This document shows positions 25,201 to 36,707 of a DNA stretch of 64,000 nt, piece after piece. Under the pieces are notes generated by a model that saw only the letters and a program-made list of their open reading frames with translations, was not told the DNA's origin and did not search any database. Positions within the stretch are counted from its first letter, which is position 1; every line of letters starts with the position of its first letter. The position numbers and the translations under genes are program-made. Source of the stretch: Tubulanus polymorphus (taxonomy: Eukaryota > Animalia > Nemertea); the NCBI RefSeq assembly GCF_964204645.1, contig NC_134031.1:6076001-6140000 (forward strand), in the 5' to 3' direction.

Positions 25201-28200
25201 GTGTCCCTGGACCCCCTAATTCTTGTTTTTGCGGGTGGGTGGGCGAAATTCCTGTGTAAAAATAAGTTAAAAACTTGCCGGGTTTTTTCTTCAGTTTTGT
25301 AAGATTTTGTATTATTTCAGGGTGATATTCTGCGAGAACCTGTGTGCTATATCAGCGAGATATTCCATCTAATAACGCCATATCAACTGCATTTACTACT
25401 GTTCAGCGTATGGGAATTTTTATTTGTAAGTGATCCATTTTTTACGCGCATTTACCGGTTAGTCCATTCCATGTTCGAATATTTGAGAAATCTGTTTGAA
25501 AATATTTGAAAATTCTCTGTTTTTGTTTTCAGCAATGTCCAGAAGTGCTTGATTGTGAATTCAATTCAGGTAATTTCACCTCACACATTTCCTACTGTTA
25601 CTTTAACCATAAGCCTAGGTGCAGCGGCTGAATGGCATCAATTTATGACGGGGTGGCCACTTTCATTCGATTATTTCCCTGACTATTCCCCGACATATGC
25701 GTTGTTTTCCCTACCAAGAATCCTATCAATCACTAATACAGAAGACGTAAATGTAAACTGTTTGATTTTACGCGCGATCTAGCAAATGTCGACAAATTTC
25801 CCTGACTTTTCTCTGACATTTCGATCAAAATGATAACACCGGAGTCAACCTGCAGTTGTACGCTCAGCATTCGTGGTAAAGCCAAAACAACCTGAACATA
25901 AGAATAATGATTTTCCCTGGTTTTTAGCTTTTTCACAAAATTTGAAAGTTAAACGAGCCTTACCTGAAAGGTGAAGTTTGACTGGAATTCTATAGAGTGA
26001 GGTTATGGGTTGGAGATCAAATGAGATATGCCTCGCGCATGCGCCATCAGTATTCAACAAATACTGTTTTGGAGCCCTAACAATGGGAGTGGAAGGGAGG
26101 GCATTTGATCTCCAACCCATAACCTCACTCTATAGAATTCCAGTCAAACTTCACCTTTCAGGTAAGGCTCGTTTAACTTTCAAATTCTATCTCATTTCGG
26201 TTATGGGTTTTGGAGATCCAATGAGACTTCAAAGAAGCGACAAAACAGTAACAACTCAAATGTACGTAGTATTGCGAAAATTTATTAACATATAATCACT
26301 TCTTCAATACTCCTTCCACAAAATTCTGCGAATCATGTACAATTGGTTTTCCATAATACTTAGCAAAAGTAGCTGCGTTAGACCAACCAGCCGTTTTCAA
26401 AATATCTTCCAAAGGCACATCGTTCAGCTTAGCTTTCGAGGTAGCTGCCGCCCTTACACTATGAGGCTTAAATACTTTTGTATCAATTCCAGCCTGCGAC
26501 ATCGCAGTTTTTACCGATCTGCTTATTGTATTTCTCGAAACTGCTTTGTATGGTTTTACGTAACTAACAAACAATCTAGGTTCAGATTCCCGAATATCCT
26601 TAGTTCTCCTAATATATTCCGACAATGCAAGATGAGCACAAATTAACCTATTTACATAATACTTTCTAATACAAACATCTGGGGGAATAGATCCCCTTCG
26701 TGACTGTTTTAAATCGGTTCTCCCAAAATAAAACTTATAATTCTCGTTCTCTTTAATCATTTGATCTAATCGTAACAAACTCAATGACTGCGTTGGTCTG
26801 GCAGCCATAATCAACGATAATAACATCACAAGTTTCAAAGTCAACTGTTTCAAACTTAAAAATCTTACAGGCGATAAACTCTCCGCCCAATTTAAAACAA
26901 GAGAAACATCCCATATATAAGTATATCTAACCTGGGGCGGTCTCAAATTGTACAATCCTTTCATAAATCTAGACACCAAAGGGTGAGCCCCTATACTCAT
27001 TGAATTATATCTCCCATCAACTTCTACAATCTGAGCAACAGCAGACCTCGCTGTGTTCACTGCACTGTAACTTAAGGTTTCTACATCAACAAGATAAACT
27101 AAAAATTCGAGATACTGCTCTACAGAGGGATGAATTGGATTAACTTTCCATTTATTACAAAACCGTTTCCTTTCCCTGAGAAAAACCTCATACTGTTGAT
27201 GTGTGCCCTTTTTCCATGAGGCCAACAATATCTCTCTAGTCCTAGTTTCTCCCTGTCGCGTTATCAGCCAATCGACTTTCGGCAGAGTTACGGGAATGTC
27301 TATCAATAATTTCAAGTGTTGCCATCCACGCCTGTGTCGCCCACAGCGGAACTACTAATACTGCTGCTGGAGTTTCGTCCATTCGAATCTTCTGTAGGCA
27401 TCTTCCCACAAGACTGAAAGGTGGAAACATATAACAAAGATTAAATTTCCATGACACATAAAATGCATTGACAAATGTCGCCCCTGGGTCCGGGCGCCAT
27501 GATATGTAAATCGGCAACTGTGCATTCATTCTAGAAGCAAATAAGTCAATGTCTGGTGTCCCATATTTCATCACAATCTTTCTGAATATAGAGGAATCTA
27601 ACTTCCATTCTGCTTCATCACAGAAATGTCTGCTCTCAAAATCCGCGTCCACGTTTAACTTTCCAGGTATATGTGAAGCTGAAAGCCAGATACCCCTTAT
27701 TTTACACCATTCCCAGATTTCACGACCCAGGCTATTAAGGTTTTTGACTTTTGTACCACCCATATGGTTTATATACGAAATGGCAGATGTGTTCTCCATC
27801 TTCAGATGGACATGGGTATCTTTCATTTTTGAACAGAAGGATTTTAGAGCAAAGAATCCGGCTTTTAATTCTAAGAAGTTTATAGATTGATTCTCTTCAG
27901 CGTCATCTTTCCTCCATCTCCCTCCAGTTCTATTACTCAAGTATTCTGCCCCCCAGCCTTGAAAGGAAGCATCACTTGAAATAACGGCATTCGGTTCCCC
28001 TCGAGATATCTTCCGCTCTGCAGTATGCAGGTTCTCAACCTACCATTTGAATTCCTGTTTCATCTCACATGATACAATCATTGTTTTATCATAATTTCCT
28101 TTACTCTTTTGTCAAGCTATGATTTTCTCACCTTCTAAGTTTCTATAGTACATCATTCCATAGTCCACAGCAGGCAAAGCTGCCACGATGAGTCCTATAA

Positions 28201-30937
28201 CCTTTGCCACAATTCTAATCGTCTCAATGTTCTTCTGTAATAAATTAGAGCATTCAGTTAAGATGTACTCTTTTTTCTTTTCAGTCAGAGTGACTATCAT
28301 TTCATTGGAGTTTATAACGAAACCCAAATGTGTAATAATTTGAGTCCCGTCTTTAGTAGTCTTCTTATAATTAATTATATACCCTAATTCTTCTTGCAAC
28401 TCAATCGTGTCAACCTTATCCTGCTGGGATTGTGATTCAGTGTCTGAGATGATAATTTCATCATCAATGTAACCACTTATTGTTATCCCCATCTTCCTTA
28501 AGGAAGATAAAACTGGCTTACACAATTTCGTGTAAGTCCGAGGTCCTGATGCAAGGCCATTTGGTATGCATGTATACTGATACAATTTTCCATTGAACAT
28601 GAACCTAAGCCATCTCCGGTCTTCCGGGTGGACTGATATACAATAATACGCATCTTTAACATCAATAGACTGCATAAAACACCCAGGTGTAACCAGCTTG
28701 AGAACAGCTTCAAAAGTGTCCATCTTGAAGTGATGGTATTCCAGAAATTTATTCAAATTTTTCAAATTCAGAATAACTCGATATGCCCCCTCTTCTTTTT
28801 TCGGGCGAATGAAAATATTCGATATAAATTCTGGATAGCTATGATCAGTCATTTCAATAACACCTGATTCCAGGAATCTATCAAGCTGCACCTGAATAAT
28901 TGCAGTTTCTGTATCATTAAATCTCAACGGTTTAGGTACCCTATGCCGAACTGGTACCTTACCAAGCCTGTGGCCAGAAACATCTCTCAAGATGGTTACA
29001 TCTGATATGATCTTTTTCCAGTTTTCCAAATGAAACTGTAGACTTCCAGCGGTTTTAATAGTAAAATCTGACTTTCTACTAACCTGACTTAGTCTTGTTT
29101 GACTTGTTTCAGACTCTTTCCTTTCTTGTATTTGCTGTGGCTCGGCCCGCTTCCACCGTGCAAACGGGCCTGCTGGTAGTTTAAATAAATATTCTGTTTT
29201 GAGCCGAAATGTTTGTGCATATGGCTATATGGGCTGTACGATGTAGATGCGCCGCGCCCTTTCCACGGTCTCCAATTCCAAGCCCTGTTTCTGAAGCCTG
29301 AAGTCTGTGGTTTTAACTTAGACCCAACACGGTTCACATCAGTAATATCTTTAATTGTTTTTTCCACATTTCCTCCGAAAAGTTTATCAGTATGAGGAAC
29401 AGACGAGGAACACAAATGAGTATACTCATTTTTCAAATCCGGTTTTAACAGTTCTCTTCGTCGCAAACATAAGTTATGGTATCCATGACCTAGCAGCGCT
29501 AAGGCAGAAGAATATTCCTCGATGTTGTTACTCGGCTTCTCCGCCGATTCGCAAATATTAAACTTATCCGCCAGATAAGTAAGACAGACCGCTGCCTTTG
29601 CAATGCAAGTCTGAGTGACTTGTAACTTTGCATCCATCGCCTGTGACTTCGTCGAAATTATATCCCAAACGAGTTGGTCAACTTTCACGGGCACGAGACT
29701 CTCACAATTGTCCGGTCTCTCATATTTTTTACAAAGGTCTTTATACGATTCATCGCTAATCCCTTCTTGGAATAGCCCATGCACAATATTGGCAAGGTCT
29801 CCATCCACAGAAACTCCTGTGGTTTCTTTAGTTTGCCATTTATTCAGCATTGCTGAAAAAATGCTATTAGGCCTACTCGAGCCAGCGGCTCGAGCACTTC
29901 CCTCGGCAGAACTTGGTTTGCTCTTTTTTGCTCGTGGAGGCCCCTCATAGTCCTCATCGTCCGAAATATCATGCCGTTTTGTGCATTGTTGGTCGAAATC
30001 GGAAATCGAAACCGAATCACTGCCGACCTCGTCGCCGCACCCGGCTTCCCACATAACACTCACTTTTTCCTTCATCTCGACCTGGGACTGGATTACTTCA
30101 GTCAAAAGTTTCTCGATGCGTTGAAATTCCGAAGCGTTATTATTATTAGAATCTTTCTTTTCTTTTACCTTCGAAGACCCGGCAGTTCGACAAAGCGACA
30201 CGCTAGAACCAGAAATCGCCGCTGTGGAAGGGAAAATCGACGTAGCGGACCTCGCCACCGCCATTTTGTTTTTCTCAGAATTTCCACCCGACCTCGTCGA
30301 GGGCTTTTTCAAGTGTTTTTCCTGGGAAAACACTAACACAAACAGGAGCCACGCTCCCATCTCCAGGTTCCGGTACCGTTCCTTCTTGCATAATCGATCT
30401 CAAATCTTGAAAAACCCGCAAGTGGAACGTAAAAATCCGAAAAATTTACGAGCGTGAACTCTCACGCCGTGACTCTCGCAATGGCGTCAAGAGGCAACTG
30501 ATGGCGCATGCGCGAGGCATATCTCGTTGGATCTCCAAAACCCATAACCAAAACGAAATAGAATTCCCCCACTATTCCCTGACTATTTCAAGAACCGAAA
30601 ATTCCCTGACTTTTCGATGATTTCTAGGTAAGTGGCCACCCTGTATGAGTCTGTAGCTTTTAGGGGGGGGCGGGTCATTCTGAACATTTTGTGACCTTCC
30701 CTTCGCTCATGTATTCCGAATTTCTCTTTCACGACAGGAAAATCGAACATATGGACGAATGATAGCAGAATTTGTCAACTGTGTCGATCGATTATACACG
30801 GCAAAGTAGAGACGTTAGGAGCTTTTTACGGCCGATTTTTCCCGGTGAAGTCGTCCACGAATCCGTCATCCTCGTCGTCGTCTCAGAGCGGCGGTGAAAA
30901 TCCGCATCCGGCCGAAGCGACTCGCGATCAGAATTGA
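10221..30937 (+). CDS. INTS5: Integrator complex subunit 5, 21 coding exons, about 1004 aa
   Basis: Exons: 10221-10298, 11530-11743, 11928-12034, 13214-13383, 13702-13794, 13901-14102, 15227-15344, 15502-15577, 16052-16146, 16585-16768, 17478-17586, 17862-18088, 19013-19209, 19890-20008, 20724-20918, 21592-21860, 22897-22967, 23603-23751, 25321-25425, 25533-25569, 30738-30937. All GT-AG with consistent phases, total 3015 nt. Recognised INTS5 motifs: [83 protein letters not shown]. Confidence 0.93.
14121..14399 (+). mobile_element. piggyBac-like MITE (CCCTTTCAGTGC...GCACTGAAAGGG), copy 1
   Basis: 12-bp TIR, TAAA/TTAA flanks. Further copies at 14889-15176, 22327-22622 (inverted), ~60560-60895, and partial copies near 17700-17812 and 39955-40021. 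Confidence 0.8.
14889..15176 (+). mobile_element. piggyBac-like MITE, copy 2
   Basis: Same TIRs and internal sequence as 14121-14399, followed by TTAA. Confidence 0.8.
16211..16540. mobile_element. MITE with GCGGATCTAGAGG...CCTCTAGATCCGC termini
   Basis: 13-bp terminal inverted match. Related ends near 19535, 42055 and 55082-55095. Confidence 0.55.
16860..17155. mobile_element. Two oppositely oriented copies of a probable tRNA-derived SINE (third partial copy ~3031-3115)
   Basis: Shared CCCTGCCACA.TAGACCGGGTG..CAGGTACATGCGCA.CTTA core. Minus strand of the first copy carries a Pol III B box GGTTCGAATCC. Confidence 0.5.
20447..20596. mobile_element. Tourist/Harbinger-like MITE (GGATCATTCATTTATTA...TAATAAATGAATGATCC); second copy ~41109-41275
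   Basis: ~25-bp TIR and two clearly homologous copies in the window. Confidence 0.65.
21211..21248 (+). ncRNA. Degenerate minimal hammerhead ribozyme motif (Penelope-type) nested in a MITE
   Basis: CTGATGA (21213-21219), T, imperfect stem II GGCTAA/TTACCC, GAAA, CGTA; stem I only 2 bp. Confidence 0.4.
22327..22622 (-). mobile_element. piggyBac-like MITE, copy 3 (inverted)
   Basis: Flanked on both sides by TTAA; reverse complement of copies 1 and 2. Confidence 0.8.
24054..25219 (+). mobile_element. Non-autonomous repeat (possibly Helentron/HINE-like) with ~150-bp internal tandem units each carrying a CTCF-type motif; shorter relative at ~57305-57670
   Basis: Short imperfect terminal inverted match TAGAGGGTTCCAG / CTGGACCCCCTA. 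Four units with TGG(C/T)CACCAG(G/A)(G/A)GGCG. 3' end AAGT(G/A)GGCATGGTGT shared with the 57.3-57.7 kb copy. Superfamily is inferred. Confidence 0.6.
26296..27315 (-). CDS. DIRS tyrosine recombinase
   Basis: Catalytic residues visible: R (AARP), HxxR (PHSVRA), W (AGW), Y (FAKYY); also [10 protein letters not shown] and LTLKLVMLL blocks. The ORF N-terminus appears to be frameshifted methyltransferase sequence. Confidence 0.9.
   Translation of the reverse strand: MKLLIDIPVTLPKVDWLITRQGETRTREILLASWKKGTHQQYEVFLRERKRFCNKWKVNPIHPSVEQYLEFLVYLVDVETLSYSAVNTARSAVAQIVEVDGRYNSMSIGAHPLVSRFMKGLYNLRPPQVRYTYIWDVSLVLNWAESLSPVRFLSLKQLTLKLVMLLSLIMAARPTQSLSLLRLDQMIKENENYKFYFGRTDLKQSRRGSIPPDVCIRKYYVNRLICAHLALSEYIRRTKDIRESEPRLFVSYVKPYKAVSRNTISRSVKTAMSQAGIDTKVFKPHSVRAAATSKAKLNDVPLEDILKTAGWSNAATFAKYYGKPIVHDSQNFVEGVLKK
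27242..29029 (-). pseudogene. DIRS pol: reverse transcriptase - RNase H - adenine methyltransferase-like domain, with two premature stops
   Basis: RT motifs [31 protein letters not shown]. RNase H motifs [29 protein letters not shown]. Methyltransferase motifs DIDLFAS and FPPF. ORFs 28112-29029 and 27242-27940 share a frame, separated by TGA (28114-28112) and TAG (28042-28040). Confidence 0.9.
29089..30360 (-). CDS. DIRS gag-like ORF1 (open; real start probably a downstream Met such as MAVARS)
   Basis: 423-aa ORF with the gag-type motifs [22 protein letters not shown] and DKLFGG, upstream of pol. Confidence 0.75.
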   Translation of the reverse strand: MGAWLLFVLVFSQEKHLKKPSTRSGGNSEKNKMAVARSATSIFPSTAAISGSSVSLCRTAGSSKVKEKKDSNNNNASEFQRIEKLLTEVIQSQVEMKEKVSVMWEAGCGDEVGSDSVSISDFDQQCTKRHDISDDEDYEGPPRAKKSKPSSAEGSARAAGSSRPNSIFSAMLNKWQTKETTGVSVDGDLANIVHGLFQEGISDESYKDLCKKYERPDNCESLVPVKVDQLVWDIISTKSQAMDAKLQVTQTCIAKAAVCLTYLADKFNICESAEKPSNNIEEYSSALALLGHGYHNLCLRRRELLKPDLKNEYTHLCSSSVPHTDKLFGGNVEKTIKDITDVNRVGSKLKPQTSGFRNRAWNWRPWKGRGASTSYSPYSHMHKHFGSKQNIYLNYQQARLHGGSGPSHSKYKKGKSLKQVKQD

Positions 30938-32863
30938 AAGATTTAAAGACACGCCGACGCATTTATAGTAGTGTATTTTGTAATGAAAATAATAATCAGG
31001 TCCATGTATATATCGAAATCTCATCGCTTTCACATTCGTTGGTCTCTCGGATTCTATTCCTACTACAGCGGAACCTCGTTTTAACCTTGACCTCGGATTC
31101 AATGAGTTATTACAAACCTAGACCCGGTTTCACAAGTGTGAGTTAGAATTAACTCTGAGTTAAAATTAGTTCATTTTCAATTAGTTAACTCTTGAGTTAA
31201 ATCTTAACTCAGAACTGTGGAACTGGGTCCTAGAATTTCGTCCCGGATAAGACAATATAAAAATTATTATTTTCATACCGGGTATAACAAACTATTGGTA
31301 ATCTGTACGAACAGATTTTAGCCGCCATATTCGTAAAAGTTTACTAACTTAGTTGGTTGCTAACTACGGTATGTAGTTAAACTATAGGTTAGGTAGTTAG
31401 GAACTTAACAAGAAACTAGGCTTATTACAGTTTTATTAATATGGCGCCTGGTCCCCTGAAGTTTGTTGCTAGGAGGTTCCACTGTACAGCATTCATTTGA
31501 TTAGTTTATCTTATCCTGTAATCTACAGCGATGACCCACCAAAGCAACTATAGAATAAGGAAAGTGAATGACAGTCAGAACAGAAAACTAGCAAAGCTTG
31601 GAATAGAAGTTCAAGTTGATAAGGTACCGACCAGTAACAGTCTGCTGATCTGTTGTACCCTACTCGGCAAAATTAAAGATTATTCTGCCATGGTACACTT
31701 GTTAAAAAGTTATAAACGTCCTAATAAATCGTCCCAGGATGTAGCACAGCCTCAAATAAATTGGCCAAATATGTAAAGTAATTAAGCTCCACTTGAATTA
31801 TGTCCTGAGGTTATAGATGTGATAGTCTGAATGTAGCTAAGGTCAGCCTTACTTGTATCATCAATGACAGACTGAATTAGAATTACTGAATTAGACTGAA
31901 TTACTCCAAGCTTTAACTGAAGCCGATGGAATGCTGCTATAGAGGTTATGCAATATATTACTAGGTACATATAATGGTTGGCAAACAAAATAAGGGATTT
32001 ACATGACAGACCCCAAGTTAAATCCCTATGTATGGCTGGCAAGCACTGGTTGGTAAACAAACACCAGCACAACCCTATTCCTCAGTGTAATGATTCCTCA
32101 TGTACCAACGCATGACTTACATTCATAAAAACTTCAAAAGCTAATGGCGCTCGGAGTAATCATACCAATTACTCCAAGGATGGAGTAAGTGCAGAAATAA
32201 GAAAGAATTTCTATATGTTTATGAATTTTTTTTTTTTTTCAGAGCATAGTACGTATAAATAATAAATAACATAAATATATCAACAGTGCAAGGAATAATA
32301 CATTGTATATAATATGAACAAGGTACAAAACGTACGTTCAATTGAAACATCGTAAATAATAGCGAGATTCACCCCAAAAATACAGTGATACTTGATCCCG
32401 AAAACACCAGTTACTTCATCTTGATTGTAGATCAATTTTGATTTCGTTCGACCTGGGCCCCAGTTACACAGTCATGGCTTAAATACAAGACAAGGCTTAC
32501 CCCTCCTTAGTTCTATGGCCAATCTAATAAACCTAAGACCAGTCTTAAGATTTAAGCCCACTTTTGGACTTAGTCACAACTGTGCAACTGGGCCCAGGTG
32601 ATCAGTCCATGATCAATTAAGGAGAACCAACGCGACTTGCACAGATTTCTATGCCTTCTTACAGATTTTTCAGTATTATTTCATGAAGAATTAATGTTCC
32701 CACCATTGTTAAATAGTAATGCTTTATTTAGTTAGACACGTTATGTGAATATAGGGGAAAACGCTTTTAGTTTTGCTTTCGCATTCACGGCAAAATGAAA
32801 TGTGGAATGTGTGACCTAATCTACGGTCCATCATACAGCAAACTACCGGTATACATGTATATA

Positions 32864-33020
32864 CAGTAGAACTCGCTTAATTCGGATCATTTGGGACCAA
32901 CAAAATTCATCTGTTTCACTGGAAATCCGCATTAAAAGTCACTTTCTTGTATATTAATGAACAAATGGACTGCAAATAATGTCCCGATTAGACCAAAATC
33001 GGATTAAGCGAGTTTGACTG
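32864..33020. mobile_element. Tc1/mariner (pogo-like) MITE; relatives at ~31064-31484 and ~33550-33727
   Basis: TA|CAGTAGAACTCGCTTAATTCG...CGGATTAAGCGAGTTTGACTG|TA: TIR with TA flanks. Confidence 0.65.
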
Positions 33021-36000
33021 TATTGACTTACTAATTAGACTGCGACACTGGGATTTCTTTGTAAATATAATCGATTTGTACAGTGGTAGACATTTCATTA
33101 CAAATGCATAGATCACTGCATCTTATAATAAATATCCCTCGAATATGTGACAAAAGTTTTTTCTAATAAAACATTTCATAACTATAACTGCCCCTATAAA
33201 ACCAGCTGGGGCCGGTGCCATAATCAGGGCTTAGACTTAAGAACATAGACTATAGCTAATCTAACAACTTAAGACCAATCTCAAGATTAAAGACCACTCG
33301 ACCAGTCTCGACCATGGAAGCGACCCCAGACCAAAGAATTGCCTGAACCCAGTGCCTTAAACCTAAATCGTTAACTATTCAAAAGTTCACCCCTGCAGAT
33401 TAACATCCAATAGTTAACCATAGAATTATCATTCAACCTATCCTGCGGGACGAGGACATCATATGTATTTAATGTGTCATAGAAGCCGTCGATTACCGGT
33501 ACTTGTCGTAACAATCTTTTGGAATATAAACCCCTCCTAAAAAAACAATACAGCGGAACCTCGTTAATACAGATCCTGCAGGCAAAAGTGAAATCGTCGT
33601 ATTAAACTGGTTTCGTATAATCCAAAGCTTGATTGATATAAATACGTTAGCTGGGACACTCTGGAAACCGTCGTAATAAACGGGTTTCGTCTCAACGTCA
33701 CAGAATCGTATTAACGACGTTCAACTGTTTATCATAACATAACAAGAGTATAAATAAAACACCGCGTTACCGATGCGTAAATCATATTTTCAGTCTTTCT
33801 CGACTTGACAATAACCAGCATGAAGCCATCATAATCAGAATATCGCATTTAAATGCAAATACACGCTCGTTATAAAATAAATCTTAGTTATATATGTATA
33901 TACATGTATCATTATGCATTGTTCAGTAAATATAGTACATGTAGCACACTTGTTACATATGATTTTCAATACGCAAATATTATCATCGTTTTTTTTTTCT
34001 AATAAAATTGACAGCTGCGACCAGATTGAATAAAATAACGCGAAAGAAAAAAAAACTGCGAATTAAACCGGTCTTTTTCCCGCCCGCTTTCGTACAATAT
34101 TGGCACATTTTCGCACACTCGAACTAAAAAGCATTTGCAATTGTAACGATAACAAAAAGAGTAGTTAACATCGTGAAACGGTTCAACAAAACAAACAAAA
34201 ATACATAGCAACTAATACAGTACAATTAGTCCTGAAAAGACCTGAAAAGATTGCATAATTTATTAGTTCCAGTTTTTCATTACATGCAAAATATCGATAT
34301 TTCGTAATGTAAATGGACCAAGCTCCTAGTTTCTGAACTTGAGGGCACTAGGTGTATTCGTATACCGCGCTGGATACGTTATATTGAGGATGTTCTGCAT
34401 GACCAGTTACAGTACCGGTATATTTATCATGCTCTACGATCTATACATAGGACAATTGTTCTTTATCCTCGTTGAATTTCGCTGAAGAAGTTGATAAGTG
34501 TTATTGATTCTGATTGTTCTACCCGGAGATGATCAATTATTACTGAGGTAAACGCATTGTCAATACATAACAACAGACGCAAACCAAAACACAATGAAAT
34601 CTGATGTTAGAGTTTTCGGTTATTGTTTCAGTTCGTCTGAGGTGATGAAGGATATATATTTATCATTAATCAAGATGTATTTGATTTATTGATTGATTTG
34701 CTATAGGTCTTATTTCTACAAGCAGACAGAAGCACTTGAGTACTGTACATATAGGCCATCAGCGTATGCCTTTCGAACGGGGAAGTAATGAGCTCCATTC
34801 AGTTGCACCAGTGATAATCGGGTGATGATTCGGGTTGGACAATGAGTCTATTTCAACGGTTCTAAGATTTGGTTCGACTGATAATTCAGCTTGAAAAGGT
34901 CTGGGCTTCGCTGCCAATTTTCTATAAAATGCTAGATCTTCCCCTGAAAAATAGGTGAGCTGATAATATGATTGAGTAGGGTCGAGTAAGACTCAGGTTA
35001 CTTTGGCCCCACTGACGAGTACTTAAACCAGATCTACTGGAACATAACAACATATACAACTAATCTAGAGTAGCCAATATATGCTACGATGACCGAAGCA
35101 TCGAAGTATTCATCAACTTTGATTGAAAGATTAGGTTTATCATCTTCAAACTCTTAAGACTAATTGAGGCTGTTTATGAGAAGGCTCAAATTAGCATCAG
35201 TCTAAATGTACCTTCCAGGTAAATAAGCACCAGCTTTCAATAAAAGTACAATAAAGCTGAATATATTTCACTACAAGCCAGTCTTCATTCATTCTTCCAC
35301 ACCCATAGATTACATTTTGGTTAAGTTTTCACGAAAACGATTTGGTTAAACGTTAATCTTTCGGTGACAGACAACTTTTGCCCGACGTGTGAAAAGATTT
35401 GTTATTGAGAGAAAATGTGCTCGACAATGATTTCCAAATGATAACGACAACGTATTGAAAATACGCTGATCTCCAAAATTAAAATGGGAATCATTGATAT
35501 CCAAAGAAAACTAATTTGGCTTAGCGTAAAATTCTAATCAGTTTTATGGTACCTTCATTATTGGTCACAGTAAGATCATAAAATGGAACAGATTCCAGAT
35601 TTTTTGTTTTTGGTTTTATCGTCAACCTCAACAACGTCGGTATTTTCAGTCGACTCATCCTGTAAAACACACAGAAATTCAACGCTTTTAATATACGAAC
35701 AGTAAAATTCATCATTTAACAAACAAAAGAGTATCCCTCGTATGAAAATATTACGTACAAAATATACGTAATATTTTGTCGCATGATTTCCAATAACTTC
35801 AATAATTGAGCCTTCTTATAGTCAAAGTATTAGGAAATTCATAGAATAATAGCATTTTATATATTTTTACAAGTTAACAATTGTATGTATGGTATGCATG
35901 CATATGTATGTATGATAGGTAAGAAACTCCATAAATTAGAAAAAGTGATCCACAGTTTGAGCAACGACTCTCATCTGGTTGTATTTGCAACAAGTGAAGT

Positions 36001-36707
36001 GAAAAGCAAATTTCATCGCGGTGTTCTTTCGAGTTGGTTCACTAATGTGCTTTTAGCAGCAGTGAATGCATGAATATACGTATGTTGAAGACATACATGT
36101 ATTCATAAAAGATTACAACGGAAAATAGGTTTTTAGGATACCCTGTAAATTATCAGCAGATCCTTTTATTATTATGCATAGAAAGAGATATTCTTAGTTT
36201 GTACTTTTCAGATGAGGTTATCATCGGAAACTACAGATATCATAGATCATATAAGTAGCAATGATGAAGCGCTCTGCTATCAAAAAAGCCAGATTCAGTT
36301 GTGTAGATAATGAAGCCGTGTTTTCAGCTTCAATAGCAGCAGTATCCACTAAGGCTACTTCCGATATCATCGCTGAATGAATTGACAGGTATCTTGTCAA
36401 ATGTTGTCATTATAGCAGTATCTTCAAATGTTGTCATAATAGGATAAACCAGGCTTTTCAAAATTCATGTTGATGAGGAAGGTACATGGAAGGGAAGTAA
36501 TGTGTATCAAATAGAAAGCTAATTTAGTGATTGGAGGTTAGAAAGTTCTTAACTAAAACGCCAAATAATAATCAAAACCTGGGATCAGTCTCACAGAAGG
36601 ACAGAAATATTGGTCTGTGAAACAGGCCTTGGTCATCGCAATTTTCAGAAATAATTCTCGCTCTTTTTAAATTAGTTCAGATAAACATGCATACACAGTA
36701 GCAAACA

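Larger units (their letters stand above)
25939..30565 (-). mobile_element. Full-length DIRS1-type tyrosine-recombinase retrotransposon, antisense in the last INTS5 intron
   Basis: Order gag - RT/RNase H/methyltransferase - YR. Short inverted terminal repeats (AGATATGCCTCGCGCATGCGCCATCAGT near 26024-26051 versus ~30497-30524). Internal complementary region 26102-26228 matching both termini. Confidence 0.95.
25649..30643. mobile_element. Host MITE (C(A/G)GGGTGGCCACT TIR, 5-bp TSD TATGA) split by the DIRS insertion
   Basis: TATGA|CGGGGTGGCCACT at 25644-25661 and AGTGGCCACCCTG|TATGA at 30631-30648. Related uninterrupted copies near 18140-18382 and 21905-22178. Confidence 0.75.

Noticed and set aside
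25740-25800. Possible extra INTS5 exon (FDFTRDL)
   Set aside because: Lies inside the host MITE, has no donor, and exon 25533-25569 joins 30738 in phase without it.
25845-26295. Paired ORFs MGWRSN... on opposite strands
   Set aside because: By-products of the DIRS terminal hairpin.
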